Part shown: in pieces, positions 56,116-64,000 of the stretch
How positions within the stretch are numbered: the first letter of the stretch is position 1
Layout of the letters: every line of letters starts with the position of its first letter
NCBI RefSeq assembly: GCF_009914755.1
Contig: NC_060926.1
DNA from: the human T2T-CHM13v2.0 reference genome, Homo sapiens
Direction: 5' to 3' (one strand)
DNA length: 64,000 nucleotides
Notes under the pieces: model-generated
The model's database searches: none
What the model saw: the letters and a program-made list of their open reading frames with translations, nothing else
Told to the model about the DNA's origin: nothing
Position numbers and translations under genes: made by a program

Positions 56116-57173
56116 CCCAACTCCTAAGGATACAGAGCAGAAGAGAAATGACACAGTGAGACCACTTCTGATGAGACTTATTTGTGAACACCTGTAAGAT
56201 TATCTTCCCTGGGATACCCGGGAACTGGAAGTGACCTGGGAAAGAGAAGATGGAAGAGGGGCTGCAAATCCTGCAATGATAAGTTAACAAAATATTAAGC
56301 ATTCATTTTTAAGGACAATTTTTACAGATGGACTACAAGTGTCATAGTGTCAAACTTTAACTCATGCTGATGTATGGAAGGCTGAGGAAATGTCAATCCT
56401 TCCTTTCATCTGCAAGTAAACCTTCTCAGCCCACATCTGCTGGGTTGAAGAACAAAATTGTTATTCCCAAGCTTAATACTTAGGAATTTCTAAATGTATC
56501 AACAGTTCTGAGATTGGATAAAAAGGCCCAGTCTCTCAGATAGCCTGCTCCTAACTCTTGATGCTTTTCCTAAGACAAAGAACAAGTGGATGGGTGGAGT
56601 GCTGTCCAACTGATCTCTGTCCCACTGGCCTCTTGCACTCAAATATCTGTTTGGTGAGCTAATGATCCATTCTTTAACTCAAGGGTCATCTCTTCTTCAC
56701 CTAGACAGCTTCCCATCAGCTCTCCCTGGATGCAGACCTCAAGTCACAGTGTTTCTCCTCTGACTTAGTGGTTCCCTCTCTTGGTCACCAGCTAGCCTGC
56801 CTGGCCACCCCACTCTACCCTCTTCCTAGGTGGACCTTTCCAGTCATTTCCTGGCCCTCTTTCTTCAAGAGTTCCATTTGGAGAAGTCTATTGGGTGTCC
56901 TTTCTTCTCCAGGTTCTGCCCGTCAATCCCATAGAGCCACAGTAGAGAAAAAAGAAATCAGAACAGATATTTGATAACTTTCTCTCATTTCTCTCTCTTC
57001 TCTTTCACAGACTTACTCTGTGGTAGGCAGACACAGGATTGATTTTCTCCCTTATACCACCCCTCTCTAGAAGAGCAGCTGTAGGCAATTTTTTTTCCTA
57101 TGCTAGAGAGCACACATCTTCTTCATGGGTTGCAACGGGATGACGCAAATGAATTTATAAAAGTCTCTCTTAA

Positions 57174-57470
<297 letters not shown>

Positions 57471-58424
57471 TTAAGACAATCTGGGTTTCTAAGGTATTCT
57501 CTTGTATGTGATATTTTAAATATCAGAAGCTGTATTTTTTTTAATTTTTCACTGTTCTGAGACAAATCTTTTTCTCCTCCAATGTTCTTAGGCAGGTGGA
57601 GGTCTCAGGACAGTCAGGAAGAAAGTAATATGCTAGGTTGGAAAGAAAAAAGAGAAAAGCCCCATCAATAAGTGTCAAACTATCATCCTCATTGCAGAAG
57701 TAGCTATCCTGAAAAAGGCATTAGTTATCATTTTGGGGGAGGAGGGAATTTCAGTAGAAGAGAGGGCTTCATATTTATTGTTATTCACTAGGTGCCTACT
57801 GCATGCTGGACACTGCCAGCATTTGAGTCTCACCAGTATGGCTATAATAATATCCACTTTCACGGTTGTCCTGAAGATTAAATGAGAGAACGTAAAAAAG
57901 CACTCATCCCAGTAGCTGTCACGGAATAGGAGCCAGATTTATGGTAGAATTAAAGATATACTTATCCATTTCTTCACCCCCGCCTTTTTGTGTGTGTTTG
58001 TTTATAACTTCATTGTTGCTGCTGTTGTTGTTTGCTAGTTAGGACTGTACATCCCTATGTCAATTCTAAAATTTAGTAAAAGTTGATTTAGCTGGTATTT
58101 CATCGACTAAATGTTTGAACTGTCTGATCTTTCTACATATTTACAAGATAATTCATAGTTCTCAGTTTGGTCTTGCAAGATCCTGAGAGGCCTTGGGAAT
58201 CTAAGAATAACTGATTTCCATCAAGTTTCATTTAGTGATAAACATATTAACTCTATTGTATCTCCTTGCAAATTAGTAATGGTCACAATTATTTAGGCCA
58301 ACCAGAAAACGGCCAGATCGTGTTATTTAAAATAGAATTTGCTATACAGAACACTATGTTTTATTCATTTAAAATGGCTCCTATAAGGCTAGCTTTCTCT
58401 ATTTAAGAAAATAAAGTTGTGACA

Positions 58425-58675
58425 CAGAATCTGACTAAAGGAACTGATAGACTATAGAACACTTGACCTCTGAGTCACCAGTTCAAATGTGACCCCATAT
58501 TGCTAACATCTGAGTGTCACAGCTAGCCTCAGCCCAATCACTGCAGGAAGAGAAGCCACATCATATGCACACCATATACCATGATCGTTGCCTGTTGTTC
58601 TCAATAGAAAAGCAAGGTTAAAATGAACCCCAGAACTTACAATTCCCTCCTATTGCACTTCCCAGAGCATTGTCT
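58425..58675 (+). mobile_element. Probable LF-SINE (LFSINE_Vert), ancient tRNA-derived SINE
   Basis: Colinear blocks matching the remembered LF-SINE consensus: GGAACTGATA..TATAGAAC..TTGACCTCT..GTCACC.GTTCAAAT (B-box-like), CATCTGA, CTCAGCCCA, CCACATCA..CACCAT, TGTTG..TCTCA..AGA...CAAGG...AATG, CCCTC. Confidence 0.65.
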
Positions 58676-58859
58676 TAATCAAAACAAATGTCTGAGATTT
58701 ATTTCCCAAAGGTATCATATACCTTTTTCATTGTATTTTGTTTCTAAATGAGTTTCAACTAGCACTCAAGATACTGATATTTTCGTTTCATCAAAATGTC
58801 ATTGGCTAGGGAGAATGGTGTACTGTGTACACTAATTGCCCAATGTCATAAATATGAGT

Positions 58860-59095
58860 AATAATCATCATCATTAACATTCACTGAGTATCTATGACGT
58901 TTCTATGTAACATCTTACAAAGACTCCATGATTTAAAATGCAAAACAATCCTGAAATTTAGCTACTATTATCTTTATTTCACAGATGTGGAAACTGAGAG
59001 ACAGGTAGCTTAGGTATCTTGTCCAAGAGCATAGATAGTGGCAAACTAAGGATTTTTATTCCTGCCTTTCTGATTTGAAAGCCATGTTACTTCTC
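58860..59095 (-). mobile_element. MIR SINE
   Basis: AACATTCACTGAG..ACAATCCTG..TACTATTATC..ATTTCACAGATGTGGAAACTGAG..CTTGTCCAAG..TAGTGGCA. Confidence 0.85.
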
Positions 59096-59455
59096 TTATG
59101 TGTATATATTTACCACATCTTACTTCCAGTGGCTGTTTCTTGTTTTTTTATTTTCTATGCATTTTTGATAACTCATTTTGCCTGGAGGAAGAGCAGCAAG
59201 CTGACTGTTAGAGTGTATTGACCAATCAACTACACTAAGATTGTTGAATCTAGTTTTATATTCAAGGTTAATCTAAAATTCTGAAGACTGATGTCTCCTT
59301 AAAGATAGTGTTTATCCATGTTTTCCTAGGGGCTTTTTCATTTTTACTAGTCATTTAAAATAAACAATTCATGGATAGAATATAATTATTTTTAAAAGTG
59401 ATAAGTGAGGCAAAAGAAATAGGCTCAGAATTACCTATAAAGAAATGAACACTGG

Positions 59456-59728
59456 GGCCAAGAACAGTGGCTCACACCTGCAATCCCAGCACTTCCGAAG
59501 GCTGAGGTGCAAGGATCTCTTGAGGCCAGGAGTTCCAAACCAGACTGGGCAAGCCAGTGAGACCCCATCTCTGCAAAGAAAAATTAGCAGGGTGTGTAGC
59601 ACATGCCTGTAGTCCCAGCTACTCAGGAGGCTGTGGTGGAGAAGATTGCTTGAGCCCAGGAGTTTGAGGCTGCAGTGAGCCATGATCACACCACTGCACT
59701 CCAGCCTGGGCACAGAGCAAGACTCTAA
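59456..59728 (+). mobile_element. AluJ (Jo/Jr-like)
   Basis: GGATCTCTTGAGGCCAGGAGTTC..; GATTGCTTGAGCCCAGGAGTTTGAGGCTGCAGTGAGCCATGATCACACCACTGCACTCCAGCC. Confidence 0.95.
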
Positions 59729-59835
59729 TAAGAGAGAAAAGGAAAGAAAAAGAAAGAAAAGAAAAGAAAAGAAAAGAAAAAGAAACGGAAGGAAGGAAAA
59801 GGAAGAAGAGAGAGAGAGAGAGAAAGAAAGAAGAA
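59729..59835. repeat. (GAAAA)n/(GGAA)n/(GA)n purine tract derived from Alu tail
   Basis: Directly visible. Confidence 0.95.
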
Positions 59836-61786
59836 TCTCATGTTAATCACATAATGTTGAACTGCCAGATGATTTAACTTTTTCTTAATTCCAAGTGTTT
59901 TTATACTACTCTTTGGATGGATATGAAAATAAATCATTTTTAAAATACTAAATATTAATTTTCACTTTGAGAGAAGAGGTACTTTGTTTGAAGCAAAATC
60001 TACTGGCACTGATCTTTATGTAACAATTTTAAGAGTTCTTGGAGAGCTAATGTTCCATCAAATCAGTTTCCAATTGGTTGAATGAAGAAATCATTTGCCC
60101 GTTTGGCAATCAAAACCTTAAGAAAGAAATAATAGATGTATTTAAGATTTAAATTGCCTTTTTGTTTCTAAGTATTTTTCTCATGATTAGATCCATAGAA
60201 TGCTTACTTATGCCATGGTGTATTCTAAAACAGAATGAACCAGCATCTTAGCTATAACCAGCATCATTAGTGTTATAATGATTGATTCCAATGTTTTCAT
60301 TCAAGAACCAATAGTCTGAGAAGTGACCAAATCAAACAAAACTTTTTAGTCAATGGATCTTATTGGACGAATACTAACTATATGTCTCTGAGTTCTAGGT
60401 GATCGTACACTTGAATTTAAAGACTTAAACCCTTTTAGATTAAAGCCTTCCGCCATGTAATTCAAATGTGGCCTAATACTGAAATTTGGTGGTGTATGGT
60501 AACTCTAATAGCTAGCCCATCTTAGCTAGAGGAATCTATACAAATGCATGGCAAATATGCACTTAGACCAACAGCAACAACCACCAACAAAAGAACACCA
60601 CCAGGTTTATGAGGCATAAAACATTAAATTTAATAGGTTATAAACCATGATTAAACTACAAACATATTTTTATTACCCAGTTCATGGTGAAGAGCCACAC
60701 CTGTTAGGTTTAGCTGCAGGGGCGATACCCACAAATATGAAATAGAATCAGCAGGATCTTCCTGTGCAGGGACAACCATGGGCACAGGAACCTGAAGCCC
60801 AGCCTTGCTGCCAATGCCAGGTAGCAACTGAAGAGTCAGCTTGTTTTCACCCTTCGAACTCTATAAGCACAGTAGGAGGGCACAGTGTCTAACAGTAACC
60901 CTATTTCCCCTTCTACTTAGAAAATCGCTTTGTTTTACAAATTTCAAAAGGGGAAAATATCTGATATAACCTTAAGAGAATGATTTTTTTCAGACGTCTG
61001 AGCAAAAATTTACAAATCATTTTAAGACTGGAATAGTTTAGAGAAACATTCCTCTACATTGTAGCACTTAGTAATGTATTCCACTTGCTGGTTTAAGTTT
61101 AAAATCATACTTTAAAGCTGGTGACCTGTAGTCTGGATATGATTCACAGATATGATTTTGTTTTTAATGTACTGGTTTCAACAGAAGCTCTAAAGTACAA
61201 AATCCTGATGTGACAATCCACTTGAGCTGGACACTGGCTGGGTTGCCACTGTTGACTATTCACGGGCAACCCATTCACCACCGTCCCTTCCTAGTCACCT
61301 TCTCTTATATGCTACTTTCCTGGAGACATGTGAATTTTCAACCTCTGAGTAAAATTGATGGTCCACAGAAGAAAGCCTCATTCTATTATGTAACTTCTTT
61401 CCCCACCCCATAGTTTCAAACTCTTTCTTATCATTTCTACCAGTACATCCCCCCACCTATTCCTTTCTCCACTTCAAAAAAATTAAATCAGCTTTACACT
61501 AATAGAAAAGTCAAATCCAGAAATCATATTTGGAAAAATGTAAGATACAATTAAAATAAAGAAACTAGAAAGATCACTCAGATCTCAGAATTTAAAGTTA
61601 CTTTTAAAACGTTCTTGCCAACAAATCAGTGCAAGAATTATTGCTTTTTTCCAAAGAGTTAAATATTTTTATTTACTCAATAAGGTTTACACTAAATTTA
61701 GCATACTTTTCAGCATATGAGTTGAGGGGTTGTGGTGAGGCAGATAAATATCAGTTCATGCAGGTGAAATTTTTTTTTTTAATGAG

Positions 61787-64000
61787 TTTTTTTATTATTA
61801 TACTTTAAGTTCTGGGATACATGTGCAGAATGTGCAGGTTTGTTACATAGGTATACATGTGCCATGGCGGTTTGCCGCACCCATCAACCAGTCATTTACA
61901 TTAGGTATTTCTCCTAATGCTATCCCTCTCCTAGCTCCCACCCCCCAATAAAGCCTGGTGTGTGGTGTTCCCTTCCCATGTCCATGTGTTCTCATTGTTC
62001 AGCTCCCACTTATGAGTGAGAACATGCAGTGTTTGGTTTTCTGTTCTTGTGTTAGTTTGCTGAGAATGATGGTTTCCAGCTTCATCCATGTCCCTGCAAA
62101 GGACATGAACTCATCCTTTTTTATGGCTGGATAGTATTCCATGGTGTATATGTGCCACATTTTCTTGATCCAGTCTATCATTGATGGGCTTTTGGGTTGT
62201 TTCCAAGTCTTGCTATTGTGAATAGTGCTGCAATAAACATACAGTGTAAAAGCATTCCTATTTCCCCACATCTTCTCCAGCATCTGTTGTTTCCTGACTT
62301 TTTAATAATTGCCATTCTAACTGGCATGAGATGATATCTCACTGTGGTTTTGATTGGTATTTCTCTAATGGCCAGTGATGGTAAGCTTTTTTCTTCATAT
62401 GTTTGTTGGCTGCATAAATGTCTTCTTTTGAGAACTGTCTGTTCATATCCTTTGCCCTCCTTTTGATGGGGTTGTTTGGTTTTTTTCTTGTAAATTTGTT
62501 TAAGTTCCTTGTCAATTCTGGACATTAGCCGTTTGTCATATGTATCAATTGCAAAAATTTTCTCCCATTCTATAGGTTTCCTGTTCACTCTGATGATAGT
62601 TTCTTTTGCTATGCAGTAGCTCTTTAGTTTAACTAGATCCCATTTGTCAATTTTGGCTTTTGTTGCAATTGCTTTTGATGTTTTAGTCATGAAGTCTTTG
62701 CTCATGCCTATGTCCTGAATGGTATTGTCTAGGTTCTTTTCTAGAGTTTTTATGGTTTTAGGTCTTACATTTAGGTCTTTAATACATCTTGAGTTAATTT
62801 TTGTATAATGTGTAAGGAAGGGGTCCAGTTTCAGTTTTCTGCATATGTCTAGCCTGTTTTCCCAACACCATTTATTAAATAGGGAATCCTTTCCCCATTT
62901 CTTGTTTTTGTCAGGTTTGTCAAAGATCACATGGTTGTACATGTGTGGCGTTATTATTTCTGAGGCCTCTGTTCTGTTCCATTGGTCTATACATCTGTTT
63001 TGGTACAAGTACCATGCTATTTTGGTTACTGTAACCTCATAGTATAATTTGAAGTCAGGTAGCATGATGCCTCCAGCTTTGTTCTTTTTGCTTAGAATCA
63101 TCTTAGCTATATGGGCTCTTTTTTGGTTCCATATGAAATAAAGTAGTTTTTTCTAATTGTGTGAAGAAAGTCAATGGTACCTTGATGGGGATAGCATTGA
63201 ATCTATAAATTACTTTGGCCAGTATGGCCATTTTCATGCTATTGATTCTTCCTACCCATGAGCATTGAGTGTTTTTCTACTTGGTTTTGTCCTCTCTTAT
63301 TTCCTTGAGCAGTGGTTTGTAGTTCTCCTTGAAGAGATCCTTCACATCTCTTGTAGGTTGGATTCCTAGGTATTTTATTCTCTTTGTAGCAATTGTGAAA
63401 GGAGTTCACTCATGATTTGGCTCTCTGTCTATTGTTGGTGTATAGGAATGCTTGTGATTTTTGCACATTGATTTTGTAACCTGAGACTTTGCTGAAGTTG
63501 CTTATCAGTTTAATGAGATTTTGGGCTGAGACGATGCGGTTTTCTAAATATACAATCATGTCATCTGAAAACAGAGACAATTTGATTTCCTCTCTTCCTA
63601 TTTGAATACCCTTTATTTCTTTCTCTTGCCTGATTGCCCTGGCCAGTACTTCCAATACTATGTAGAATAGGAGTGGTGAGAGAGGGCATCCTTCTCTTGT
63701 GCTGGTTTTCAAAGGGAATGCTTCCAGGTTTTGCCCATTCAGTATGATATTGGCTGTGGATTTGTCATAAATAGCTCTTAATATTTTGAGATACATTCCA
63801 TCAATACCTAGTTTATTGAGAGTTTTTAGCATGAAGGGGTGTTGAATTTTATTGAAGGCCTTTTCTGCATCTATTGAGGTAATCATGTGGTTTTTGTCAT
63901 TGGATCTGTTTATGTGATGGATTAGGTTTACTGACTTATGTAGGTTGAACCAGCTTTGCATCCCAGGGATGAAGCTGACTTGATCATGGTGGATAAGCTT
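61787..64000 (-). mobile_element. L1PA7/8-like LINE-1 (3' UTR and broken ORF2), continuing beyond window end
   Basis: TTATTATACTTTAAGTTCTGGGATACATGTGCAG 3' end; ORFs 63410-63961 (RT: [26 protein letters not shown]), 62178-63101 and 61999-62283 are L1 ORF2 pieces separated by frameshifts and a deletion. Confidence 0.97.

Noticed and set aside
60711-60728. CTCF-like motif GCTGCAGGGGCGA
   Set aside because: One G short of the AGRKGGC core and lacks the upstream CC.
62178-63961. Longest ORFs (307 aa and 183 aa) as protein-coding genes
   Set aside because: They are frameshifted fragments of L1 ORF2, not host genes or an intact retrotransposon.

Overview
AT-rich, CpG-depleted primate genomic DNA, very likely human or another catarrhine (AluJ/S/Y and L1PA elements are present). 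It reads as a large intron or intergenic region. I found no CpG island, no recognisable host protein-coding exon and no RNA gene. The ORF track is explained by Alu/L1 sequence or chance. Recognisable content is interspersed repeats: about 10 Alus or Alu monomers, two L1PA7/8-like 3' segments (one running off the window end), older L1M, L2 and MIR fragments, an ERVL-type solo LTR, hAT MITEs (MER5, MER53, MER102, MER97-like) and microsatellites. The two most notable items are ancient-repeat fossils: a probable LF-SINE copy (~58.4-58.7 kb) and a CR1/Crack-group LINE fragment whose reverse-transcriptase motifs are still readable (~30.9-31.4 kb, minus strand). Smaller observations are a perfect 22-bp palindrome, a nested hairpin beside paired p53 half-sites, and candidate splice-flanked exons. 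Repeat family calls come from remembered consensus sequences, boundaries are approximate, and both need RepeatMasker/Dfam confirmation. I see no evidence for a novel multi-gene system.
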